Shown one piece after another: positions 37,814-51,239 of a DNA stretch of 64,000 bases (positions are counted from its first letter, which is position 1; each line of letters begins with the position of its first letter). The notes beneath the pieces are model-generated. The model saw only the letters and a list, made by a program, of their open reading frames with translations. It did no database searches and was not told the origin of the DNA. Source of the DNA: Camelus ferus (Eukaryota); assembly GCF_009834535.1 (NCBI RefSeq), contig NC_045711.1, forward strand, positions 25,048,001 through 25,112,000. The letters run 5' to 3'. Made by a program: the position numbers and the translations under genes.

Positions 37814-38735
37814 GTCAGTGGGCCAACAGCGGGGGCAAGACAGGCTTTGAGGTTAATACAGTTTTAGAAATTCAGTTCCACCCTATTGTACTAAGAGCTG
37901 CCACTGGAGTTTTACACAGAGGTCACCAGGAGAGGAACTGAGCATATTGGTGGTGGAAGACTGATAAAGAGTAGCTCACCGCTCTAGGTGAGTGGTCTGT
38001 TCACCTGTCTCTTCTACCGTTAGGTTTAGTCTCCATCCTTCAGTATTGATTTTTGAAACTGGACCATACGCATTTGCTACCAATCTCATACGTAGTAGCA
38101 TTTCTGCGTTCAAGGACTGTTTTAGTTGTGGGCAGATGTTGCCCAGTCATTTTAAGCTGAGCTCCAGGGAGACGGCAGCATGGGTGTTACCATCAGTTGT
38201 CTGCAGGTGAGCCCAGCCCCTGAGCCCCCAGGTGTGTGTCTGGAAAGCCTGGTGGGAATCCTCCTGAGTAGGGACCTCAGAGAACCTGGAGGCATCAGCC
38301 AGCTGAGTGCGGGGGGGACCTGTAGGAGGGCTATGGACTTGACAGAGTCCCCTCAGCAGCTAGACTGGGAGAAAGGAAGCGGGGATGGAAGGATGGGTTT
38401 GCTGGTTTCCTGTTCTGATAAAAGATTCCCTGAAATACTGATACTAGGTCATCAGCGTAAATGTTAAGGTTTATTTGGTGTTTCAGGCATGTTACTGGCG
38501 TTGGGGCAGTTTGCCCAGCAGTATTTTTGTGTTGCATTGTCCCAGGTTGAATAAAGGTTGCTTATTGTAATGGCAGCCTGACCCTGAACTTGACCACGTG
38601 GAAACAAAATTTTGCAGTTGTGAAATAGTTCAGAGAAGCTATTGTCTCTTTGAAAACTATGATTATTTTATTTATGTGTTGCAAAATTGAAATCTGAAGT
38701 AAATTTTTAATTTTTTTTTTGTTGTTGTTTTCTAG

Positions 38736-38754
38736 GGAGAAGGTGACGTTCATG
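38736..38754 (+). CDS. JPT1: JPT1 exon 4 (19 nt)
   Basis: Long pyrimidine tract ending tctag, GEGDVH+G, donor gtgagt. Needed to keep the reading frame. Confidence 0.93.
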
Positions 38755-39528
38755 GTGAGTACTTCTGGAAAAGTATCACAATTTCTGGTTTTATAAATGG
38801 TTTTAGGATAGACTGAAATTTTAATTCAAATCGTGTCTTGGCAAAAGAGACTGAGGAGTGAAGCTGGCTTTGCCAGTTTCCTCTAGGTGGAGGGGAAAGA
38901 AAAATGAAGCTGGAAAGTTCGCAAGCATGTATGTCCACATTTGGTATCGGCCGGCAGTGAGAGCAATGCTAGAAATGTACTAGAAAAGGGAAAAACCCCA
39001 GAGAATTCTTTAAGAATATATGTATATCAATCAAGTTGGCATTTGTTACACTCAATGAGAGCTTTTTAGTAAAAGTCTCTGGCATTTCAAGCTCAGCCCA
39101 CAGCATTTAATTTAAAAAGCATGTTTGATTATATATTGAGGTGCTCATCCAGCAAGACACTGGTAACCCTATGATCTCATAAATGATGATTTAACGGGCA
39201 GATGTAAATTTTCAGTTAGCACCCATATTATCAATTATATGTGGAAAGGAGCTAATCATTTTAAGTCTTTGAAGTACTTGTTGGCACGTCTTTAATGAGT
39301 AGCAGAGAATTACTGGTGCGTGTAATGAGAAGGTTACATGTGCTGGGCAGTAGCAATCAGGCTGAAGTTGACCCGGTGACATGCAGCCGCCACAGGGCCC
39401 TCTGGTCCAGGAGGATGAACAAAGCCGCTTCCTCGTGGCCTTTTTCTCCCATTACATTTTGTGAGGCAGTCTTCCAAGGAAACAGAAATATATAAGAACC
39501 ACATTCCTCTTCTGCCCTCTCAGTGTTT

Positions 39529-39708
39529 TTTTGTTTTATTTTTTTAATTTAAAAAAAATTTTTTTTTGATGATTTTTAGGTTTTTATTTTGTTTGGGGGG
39601 GTAATTAGGTCTATTTAATTAAATTTTTTTTTAATGGAGGTACTGGGGATTGAACCCAGGACCTCATGCATGCTGAGCATGCGCTGTGCTTGAGCTACAA
39701 CCTCCCCC
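39529..39708 (-). mobile_element. Vic-1-like SINE
   Basis: Reverse head and long T-rich tail. TSD CTCAGTGTTT at 39519-39528 and 39711-39720. Confidence 0.9.
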
Positions 39709-42700
39709 TACTCAGTGTTTCTTGATGGACATGATGGGAGGGGAATCTTATGAACCCCTGTGAGCATGACCTGGGTTCTTCCTCAGTGGACAGGTTGCTT
39801 TCTCACTGGACTGAAGGGCTAGACTTGCTCCTGTCCACTTTTTAGATAGACTGTTCTGGAGGTTAAAAAAAAAAAAATCTAGGCTTTCTGATTCTGGGCT
39901 TTTTGTATTCTGAAATACTTCTACTGTCAGACCTTATTTAGCAAGAATCAGCTAATCTTTATTCACTAATTTTGGCCAATGGTTATAATTAGAAATTTGG
40001 GGAACCTAGAGAACTGTGTGAGAACTTAGGAAAAGATGTGTCATTTGTCCTAATAATAGTACCCCCAGTTCAGTGTGTTATAGATTCTTCAGGTGAAACA
40101 GCACATAGTTCTATAGTATGACAGGTCTTTTTTTGTAAATGATCAATCAGTTTTGCCACCTGATTATTCTGTGTTCCTGACTGTTACTACTTTTAGCTCA
40201 TTTGTCATAAAACGACAAGGGGGACAATCATTCAGGGACATGTCTGATGAGTAAAGGTCAGCCCCAGTTCTGTTGCCAACTTGACTGCAAAGTTAAGCTA
40301 CTCTGCTCAGGTTAAATAAAACAGATTTTTCTGGATATACTGCCTCCATCTTTTGGGGAGTTAACACAGGAATGGCTACAAGGAGGGCTTTTGAAATCTT
40401 TCAGAAAGAGGGAGAGAAGTTCCAGGAAGTTCAGGCCCAAGTCTTTCCCTGCCTTCAGGCAAGTTTGATGGTCTGCTGTGTCTTCTAGTGGTTCTAGTCT
40501 CCTGATCCTTAAGGTGCATCATTTTTTCTCTTCTGACATTGGTGTCTATTCAGTCACCTTATTGATGTGCCAAAGAAGAAAGACAAGTCAGGAGTATAAA
40601 AGATGTACGTTATGGTGGAAGTGTTTTTGTTTAAAACCCCATTTAAAAATTATTGGATTCAGTAGACAAAAGCCTTCTCTGTCAAGTCCTATAGAAGTTT
40701 CTAAACCCTTACTTATGTCATTATGTAGACTAACCAGATGAAGTAACTGGACCTCCACCTTCTCTGGCTGGAGTATTTCTGACTGGACAAACAAGCATCT
40801 AAACCAAGGCCTGCTGTTTAGTCTCCATGTGCCCTTTTTTCCTCCCCCTTTTCTTTTTTGGGATGTTACCTAGTTTTGAAAGACAGAACAGTTCCAATAA
40901 TTATGAGGAACAAGCAGAAGATTAGTGGGAATTAGCTTATTTATCATTTTACAGAGATAAACTCCCATGGTAGAGCTGAAAGATAACTTTGTGTCCTTCA
41001 GAAGTACTCACTAGCTGCTCGGTGCGGACAGTGTGGAATCCAGTTAGATCCTGTGCAGTGGGGAGGCCGTGTTCTCGCAGCTGAAATCAAACAGCTTGAA
41101 CGGATACGCTGGCTCAGGCTGAGTTCATGGTCTGTAGTCATCTTAGATTATTTTAAAATGTAGGTTTTTAGGGTTATTTAAGGGCACTTTGTCGGAGGAC
41201 TTGGGTGCTTGATGTTGACACCTTTGACCCAGTTGCTAAGCTAAAGGGTAGCCCTTTCCCTCCAAGCTTTAGTTCATAACCCTGAGCGCCGTTGTCTTGG
41301 AAAGCTGCATGCTGGAGTTTTACATGTTGGATAGTATAGGACATTATATGCCTTATAAGTGCTATCAAATGTTCCCAAAATTCATCAAATGAAATCTTCA
41401 AAGCAGCAGTAGTCTATGTCTGAGATGTTGTATTTCTGATCTAAGGCCCCCCCCTTGGACTTCTTGGTTTTAGGTGGCTAAATCAAAACTCTGTACAGGT
41501 GGTTTTAGGAACATGTACTTTTAATGTTTTTGCCTTTGAGGAACTTAAAGTACATTTTTTCGAAGTTGGTACTTTTCATTGGTGTCTAGTATGAGACCAC
41601 AGGAAGGTCTTAGTACATACCATAACCGGTATTTCTGTTCCACTACTTCCGGTCTTGGAACTTCTAAACTAGAGGAGGGAATAAATGTCTTTAACCCTGA
41701 AAGTAGTTTTTCTCCCAAGTCTCATAAATTAGTGTTTAATTTTCTACACTAGAAGTGCCTCTTTGTGTGTGATTATTCTAAGGCAGGTGTTAGATTACAC
41801 AACTGAAGTTACTTTGATGCTTTAACATGGAAATGAGACCTGGTGTTTCTTTAACAAATTAAAAATAAGTCTTAACATGCCTCAAATTATCAAACTCTGT
41901 AGGAATTACCTTTCACAGAAAATCCAGTGCCTTTTCTTTTGCAGTCACTCTTGACTTTGAATCAGTAGAAACTACCCAGTTAAGAATACATGCTTGCTGG
42001 GAATTTCACAAGTCAGTGAATCAGCCAAGCGATAGCTAGGATATTGGATAATAATACACCAATTCTCAAGACTTTAATGTGGAAAGTGCCAGGTTAATAT
42101 AATGGCACTGACCTGATTACAGAGATGTTACTACCACTCAGTAGGGGGACAGTAGATTCTTTAGTAATAAGTGAGTAGTAGTTTTCACGCATCAGTTTGG
42201 CAGAGGTCAAAGTAAGGTGGTTACCAGGTGGTAGATGTGGAAAGATGTAAGGGGAGCATATTTTGACATGGGTGGTGGGGTAGACCTTGGTACAACCACC
42301 CAGAAAGGTGGTGTGTAATGTCTGTTCAAATTGAAGATGACAGCCCTGTGTCCCTGTGGGCACACGTTCCAGAGTGTACGCATTACAGCTTGGGAAGGGT
42401 TGGATTGATTCTGTTTTTTGCTATCAGTAGAGGGTTAATCATAAATACTCTTCTCTAATATATACTATAAAGCAGTTAATTAAGCAAGCTGAATTATGAC
42501 CATGTGTATAAATAGGAATTTTTTTTTAAAGTTGGTATCATTTATAGTAAAATACAAAAGCAGTGTTCTGTGTTATTTGCTGGAAAATATATACAAAACA
42601 TACATCAAACAAATGGACTAGAGGAATGCACACAACTCGTATATATGTCTTCATGTATTGATGAACTGTAGAAAAGAAGCTACACAGCAAAGGCCTGGGG

Positions 42701-42881
42701 ACAAATATGGGGAAACAGTAACAATGGTTAATCCTGGATAGGGGCCACATGGTTGGTGACTGTTGGTTTCTTCTTTGTAGCTCTAGGTATGGTTTGACCC
42801 ATCTTCAAATAGACTCTTTGCATCTTCCCCGGGAATAGTTATTAGCCTTAGTAGCCTTCATTTCATTCTCTGTTTTCCTAG

Positions 42882-43030
42882 AAAACGTGGACACAGACTT
42901 GCAGGCCAGCCTGGGGCAGAGCGAGGAGAAGCCCGTGCCCGCCGCCCCTGTGCCCAGCCCGGTGGCGCCGGCCCCGGTGCCGTCCCGGAGAAACCCTCCT
43001 GGTGGCAAGTCTAGCCTCGTCCTGGGTTAG
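42882..43030 (+). CDS. JPT1: JPT1 exon 5, coding part
   Basis: Acceptor ttcctag, [49 protein letters not shown]. The five exons total 465 nt, giving 154 aa. Confidence 0.97.
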
Positions 43031-44045
43031 CTCCGCCTGCCCTGAACTCTGTCGTTCTGTTTGTTTTCTCCATGCTTGTGAACTGCACAACTTGAGCCTG
43101 ACTGTACATCTTTTTGGATTTGTTTCATTAAAAAAGAAGCACTTTATGTACTGCTGTCTTTTTTTTTTTTTTTAATTTTATTTTTGTTTTGGAAGAACAG
43201 GTTCACAGTCTGTCCTGATTCCTCTGGGTCTGTAGGCCATGGCATGAGTGTTTTCTAGTAGTAGATTGGAGGGAAAATCTTTGTGACACTTAGTACCGTG
43301 TTTTTAAGAACAAATCATTTGGTTCTAAATGTGTTAAGAGGGTCTTTTGTACTGAGGTTTTTAAAACCCTTTTCTTGTCAGCTTTACTTGGGTTTACCAA
43401 GCCTGCACTGGACAGGCCAGTAGACAGTCCACAGGCGCTGTCCCTTCAGGCCCCCAAACAAAGTTGTTTTCATGCCGAACTTACTTGGCGTTGCCCTGAC
43501 TTGTCAGTGCCCTTTGCTAAAAGCATCTTCTGTGCCATACGGAGTGATAGAGGCCTGCGCCTCATGCCTTGCTGCCTGCAAAGCAAAAAAAAAAAAAAAC
43601 AAAATAAAAAAACCTTACCTTTCTGAACCTTAAGAAACCTTTAAGCCAGATACTAACCTGACTGGCTGAGCAAAGCCCGCTGCTCCCACGCAGAGGAAGG
43701 CTTCTATGTACACTCAAATTGATGGATTCCAGGTGGTGAAGCAAGGGCGGGGACCACACAGAAGTGGGTCTTCGTGGTGCACGGACCCCACGGGGGCAGT
43801 GCTCTTCTTAGATAACTTGAAGCTGTGTGCATGATGCTGGTGCTAGACCATGAAATGAAAGTCTCATCCTTAAAATGTGTGTTGTACTTTCACAATCCTG
43901 GATTGTTGCTTAAAGTAAACAATGTACAAATTTTGAAACACTGTGTCCTGTGTCATCTTTTTTTGAGATTGTTTCACTGTTCTACCTGTTCAGTTGCATT
44001 CTCCTTTGGTGCTGTCAATCCTGCCGCCCAGGGATTTGATGAGCC

Positions 44046-44057
44046 ATTAAAATTAAA
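44046..44057 (+). terminator. JPT1 distal poly(A) signal (tandem ATTAAA); a proximal ATTAAA is at 43127-43132
   Basis: Two ATTAAA hexamers end a roughly 1-kb AU-rich 3'UTR. The cleavage site is inferred. Confidence 0.6.
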
Positions 44058-44550
44058 AGAGTAATAGTAAGGCCCAGAGGGAAGTGGGCTTGTCTTTAAA
44101 GAAAACAGGTTGAAAGGCAGAGCATGAGTTCAAAAGGCCAAAATAATTAACTGATACCTGGTAGTAAAATACAGGACTAACATGTATAACTGGTATCCAA
44201 AATAATTATTAGCTAATACACTAGACTCATCTACTACCTACCATCTGTGCTCGGTGATAACATTCAAAATTTTGAGTCCCCTCATGCTTGCAAGGTACTT
44301 CTCAATGGTGGGCGGTCAAAGAAAGGCTCCGAAGAAAGGAAGGGTCCATGCGGAATGTCTTAAGTCCTCTCAGGAAGATGGGAGGAAGCTCACAGGGTTC
44401 TAGGCAGAAAGTTCCAGATCAACATGCTATATAAAATGTCCAAACTGGGGCACTGTGAGACCTAGCTTTTTAGGTTTAGCTGTGCTACTGAGCAGCTGTG
44501 TTCTTGAGCTTGTCATTTGGGGGCTCAATTTCCTAACTTAAAGATCTTTC

Positions 44551-44680
44551 GGTGTGGGGCTGGGGGGAGGATAGCTTAGGGGCAGAAAGCATGTTTAGCA
44601 TGCGCAAGGTCATGGGTTCAACCCCTTTAAATAAATAAACCTAATTCCCTCCGCCACCCCCAAAAAACTAAAAAAAATTT
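44551..44680 (+). mobile_element. Degenerate Vic-1-like SINE
   Basis: Diverged tRNA-Ala head and aaataaacctaatt tail. TAAAGATCTTT and TAAAAGACCTTT on the two sides. Confidence 0.78.
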
Positions 44681-45215
44681 TAAAAGACCTTTGAATGAGG
44701 TCACCTTTAAAAACTCCCATGATTGAGATGATTCAAGCCTAGTGGGTAACCACCCGCTCATTTGACCTATTGAGCATCTCTGGGGAGAGTAAGTAATTAC
44801 AGTTTGTCGGGGTGTTAAGTTTTCCTTCCTAATCATATAAAGCAGTTGCGAAATGGAGAATGAACAGCTATGCTTACAGGATTCTTCTAGTTTCACTAAA
44901 ACAGATTGGCCCTACAAACAGCTTGACCTGCTATGACTCTTTGGAGGTAGGAAACCTGCACCCGTTCTCTCAGTAATGGTGGAGCTCCTCCTAGGAAAGA
45001 GGTCCTTAATTTGTTTTTTGAGAGGTCCCTAATTTGTGTCACAACTTGTAACTTGGCTTTAGTTTTTTTATTCTATGAAGGTAAGTGCCTAGTCAGAAGG
45101 TGTTCTGAGGGATAGTTCTGCCAGCCATTTTGGTACTATTAATGATTTTAGAAAATTCTATGTAAACATGTTTGCTAAGGGTGTTGAATTTCCACTTAGA
45201 AAGCTTAGGGTTTAG

Positions 45216-45396
45216 GAGGGGGAGGGTATAGCTCAAATGGTAGAGCAGAGATGGAGCCAACCCCACAAGTTTAAGAAGTCTTGACACCTTATTAGAAGCC
45301 ACTTCTTAGCATGCATGATGTCTTGGGTTCAATCCCCAGTACCTCCTCTAAGAATAAATAAGTACTAAATAAACCTAATTACCACCGCCCCCCAAA
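45216..45396 (+). mobile_element. Vic-1-like SINE carrying a foreign insertion of about 60 nt
   Basis: 16-bp TSD AAAGCTTAGGGTTTAG at 45200-45215 and 45397-45412. The head is interrupted at about 45247-45304. Confidence 0.9.
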
Positions 45397-46189
45397 AAAG
45401 CTTAGGGTTTAGAAAGTTAAGTTCAATGATCTTAAAATGATGACGGCAGAAGAATCTAGCATTTCGTTGACAGTCTGGACTTTACACAGTTGTGTGACTT
45501 CACTGGCTTGGTAAAGGAGGTGAGAAAAAAACCAGCCCAGGACTCAGTACTTAATTGCTACTGCTGATTCTACTGCTTAAGCGTTTTAATATTCGATCAT
45601 CAGGCTCCCCTTCCTAATGTGTCTGTTACACTGGTTTGGAAGTACTAGGGTGCTCAACTGGGGAACTATAGACAGATGGGTCACAGACTCAAATCTGAAT
45701 CTAATTTGTAGGTAAATATATTTGCATTTGTCAGGAAATTGTGTTAAATCTACAAAACGAAAGCCAACAGAACAGCAATGTTCAGCATTTTCTAGGATAC
45801 AGCTGCCAATTCTAGAGAAGTGTCAGTTCCATAAAAAGGAGGACAGTCCGGTTTACCTGGTGGAAAATCGTCTCTTCCAAGTGAGATTGGATGATTAAAC
45901 TAGATGCTCCCATGTTTCAAGCAGACTCTGGTTTATGAACTCATCTCTGAGGAGCTCGGCTCACACGAACCAATGGTCTTCAACAGATTCATTTACTTCA
46001 AACAGCTACTGGGAGCCCCCATATTCAAGTCTTGGGTTGGTGCTGCCTTGACGCCGTGGGAACTCTGCTTTTGGGGTCCCCACAAGCATGGGGGCCAGGT
46101 ATGGATTCTAAGAAAGATGGAGCCAACCCCACCGGTTTTATAAGTCTTGACTCCTTGTTAGAAGCCGCTTCTCAGTATTTAGCACAGTC

Positions 46190-47498
<1,309 letters not shown>

Positions 47499-47556
47499 TA
47501 AAACAAACCAGCAGAAACACGGGGGTGGGGGGAGCAATCTCTCTCAAGGGCTGTAG

Positions 47557-48031
<475 letters not shown>

Positions 48032-48238
48032 ACCGGCCTGAGGCTGCCACAGGAGTAAGCTGAGGACCCTGGCAGCAGACAGTAGCTTAAGGAAGGGAAG
48101 GCAGGCCAGCAGGAACCGTGGCAGAACCGAGTGACAGGCAGCATCATGGCAGTGACCCCCGCCAGCACCGTGCCAGCCACCTGGAACCTCCCAAGAGAGC
48201 TGGCATGGAAGCATGGTGGGGAAATCAGGAACCTTTTT

Positions 48239-48244
48239 AATAAA
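48239..48244 (+). terminator. NT5C poly(A) signal AATAAA
   Basis: First AATAAA after the NT5C stop, about 210 nt downstream. Confidence 0.8.
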
Positions 48245-48274
48245 ATGCTTTGGCTCACTGCTCTCTTCAGGCTG

Positions 48275-48280
48275 TTTATT
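48275..48280 (-). terminator. ARMC7 poly(A) signal AATAAA (minus strand)
   Basis: TTTATT on the plus strand, about 1.24 kb past the ARMC7 stop. I saw no earlier one in the 3'UTR. Confidence 0.7.
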
Positions 48281-49520
48281 TGGGGAAGTAAAGGGATAGG
48301 AGCCCCATGGGGGCAACTGGAATACAGGCTGATAAGGAGGCCTTTCCCTCTTCCTTTCACATCTCCTTAGTCTATTAGTCCCATAATCTGTGCACCTCCA
48401 TATCCACCTGGATACCATTCCTCTCAAATATGCCTTTCCTTGGCCATGTAAAAGGTCAACTTTAAGGGAATGCCAAAGGGAGGCCAGGACGTTCCACTGC
48501 TCTGAATCCCAACTTTCCACGGGGGCCCACACCCCTTCCCCTGTGCTGACCAGCATGCCCTGGACTCTGAGCCATAGGCTTCATGTCAGTATCTGGTCCT
48601 CTGACTGCCTTGAACATCCCTTACTTGCTTCCTGAAGCTCCTCTGAGCCTGAGCGCACTTCCAGGGACAGGGATCCCTTACTAATCCTGATGGCAGAGAA
48701 GACGTGCCAGGGCTTCCAGGCAGGGGCCACGGGGTGGTGAAGGAAGACACGGCTCCAAGGGTTTGGGCCTGTGTTCTGATGTGTCGTCACTCTCATGGCC
48801 TCAGTCTTAAGGCCTGATGGCCATGTTAACAGTCACTGAGCTACAACATTCAAGAGCAGAGACCACATCTTCCTCTTTGAAGCCCTAACATGGTGTCTAG
48901 ATGAGAGGCCAGTGTGGATAAACAGTTACTCCTGGGCCACAGAATTCTCCAGGCCAGCATCCACCATGCCCAAAGCCCAGCCTCCACAGCCCTGGAGTAG
49001 GCACACATTCCCCAAGCCCCGAAATACTTTTAACCACAAAGTTTTTCATTTCTAGTTCTTAAAATTGCTCCACACACTTCAGTTAAGGGTGTGGTTAATG
49101 TGTATGTCCTCAAGCTCAGGCAATTCTCCTAAGCCCCAGGCCCAGCTGTTCCTCAGGAGAAACAGTTTTTACAAAGCCTTTGGTTCTAGGGACCCAGTTG
49201 CTTCTTACACAAGGTTGAAAGCCTGGTGGCGGGGCGGCCCGGGAAGCAGGACCTGCACCTCCAGCTGGTGGAGAGTGGCCACCTGTGAAAATGGCACCAC
49301 CTTCGATTTCCTTCTCCACGTGTTGCCCACTCATCTTCTGATGCCTTTCATCATAGTGTAAATGTCTGTTGTGCTGAGAAAACTCACCCTTAAAATGGCT
49401 AAAAAAGCACCATCTGGGGAGAAGGTGCTCAGTGAGAACTGTTCCTGCCTCCTGAGTCCCCACCAGGATTTCAGTCTGGTCTCCAACAGGCAGGGTGCTG
49501 TGGCCTGGGCTCTCCCTGGG

Positions 49521-49882
49521 TCAGGGCTCCTGTGGGGCCTCAGTCCTTGGCAGTGGGATACCCAGAGCAGAGTGAGCCCCCCAGCTGCGGGCTTCAGCCA
49601 CCTGGCTTGGGGAACAGAAGTCTTCCAGGAAGATCTGGGCCAGGTTTCGGAGCCTTGCGTTGGCTGAGAGGGAGAAGCGCAGCATGCACTGGACCACGGG
49701 CACGGCCGTCAGCTCGGGGTGGGAGCCGGAGCCCGGCGAGCTCAGGTACATGATCGTGGTGACAGCGGACAGCACAGTCTCCTCGTTGGGGCTGGACAGG
49801 CAGTTGATGATGAGGGGGATGCCCCCTGTCTGCAGGATGTGCTCCTTGTTGGCCCTGTCTGAGCACAGGTTGCAGAGGCCTC
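49521..49882 (-). CDS. ARMC7: ARMC7 exon 3, coding part
   Basis: Acceptor ttccccag, [40 protein letters not shown]...EAPQEP* (362 nt). Confidence 0.96.
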
Positions 49883-50164
49883 CTGGGGAAGAGCAAGAGG
49901 GGTCTAGATGCCTCGGCCCTGGGCCTCCTCCCATCCCTCTTCTACCCATTCAGTCCCAGGGAAGGGCCCAGGCCTGAGAGAAGGTGGCCCAGGGACAAGG
50001 GATCCAAAGTCCACTGGGTTCTCCAGCCCTCCCTTTCAAGGTTCCAGAAAGGCCTGCCTCCCTGCCACTGCCTAGCCTTCTGGAAGTGGGCACTGATCCC
50101 TGTCCCTCTTGGCTCAGCCAGTTAAATGGCTGATATACTCTCCTTTTTTTTAAAGCAAAAAAGA

Positions 50165-50310
50165 GGGGAGGGTATAGCTCAGTGGCAAAACGCATGCTTA
50201 GCATACACGAAGTCATCAGTACCTCCATTTAAAATAAAGGAATAAATAAGCCTACTTACTCCCCCCAAAATAAATAAACTGCCACTTTAAAAAATAAACT
50301 TAAAAAATAG
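50165..50310 (+). mobile_element. Vic-1-like SINE with the B-box deleted
   Basis: The head lacks ctgggttcaatccc. AAAGCAAAAAA on both sides (50152-50162 and 50311-50321). Confidence 0.82.
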
Positions 50311-51239
50311 AAAGCAAAAAAAAAAAAACCTTAAAAACATAAAACTCACAATATATCACCATTTTAGAACAATTAAGAAAATAATACGGTTTCACTGGTA
50401 TATACACGTCAAAACTTATCAAATTATATCCTTTAAATATGTACAGTTCATTATATGTCAGTTGTATCCTGTAAAGTTGTTAAAAATATTCGAAGCCAAA
50501 ATATAAGCCATATTAATCCCACCACCCAGACATTTAACATTTGATTTTCATCCCACAATTTTTAAATATGTGACTACATACAAATATTTAACAAAAATTT
50601 GATACTCTCCTTAATGTTTTGTGAGCCAGCTTTTCTCATTTCCTTAACATGAACATCTCTCCATGCCAATAAATCTACAATCATGGCATCATTTAACAGT
50701 TATGCAGTCCACTATTTTATGGATACAGCATAATTTATTAAGAGGTTAGAGTGTTTCAGCATCAGTCCCACATCACTGTTACTAGGATTCTAGGGGATGA
50801 AAGGCCATAGGGAGAGACCTCCTGACTATGGATCTAAGAACCCACTGCCCAAGCAGTGTGGCCAGATCACCCCATTCTCTCACGTGAGGCCTGGAGCAGG
50901 CAATGTGGGAAGCTGATTTCCTGTGGGTCCCGACTGAGCTTCCCGCCTTAGGTTCCTACTCCAAGCAGAGAAAGGGCTTCACATCTCATTTGCATAACAT
51001 GGCCGACCAGTCCTGAGTGTCCAATCAGGAGTGAGTCACAGCCCACCCACTTCCCCTGCATCTCTAGCAACAGGCTAAGAGGCTCTCCCCCAGCCTCAAA
51101 CCCAACTAGGACATCTCCTCTAGCGCAAGGGAACAGGTACAGGGAGGTGGGAGGCAAGGCTGGCAAAGACACTCCTCCTCCTTTTCCAGGCACAGCCACC
51201 CTCTCGCTAGCAGTATCTGAGTCAGTTTTGAGTCCTGTT

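Noticed and set aside
50426-50434. Perfect U12-type donor ATATCCTTT inside ARMC7, a gene linked to the minor spliceosome
   Set aside because: It is on the wrong strand for ARMC7 and lies in an L1 3' remnant. All visible introns in the window are ordinary GT-AG.
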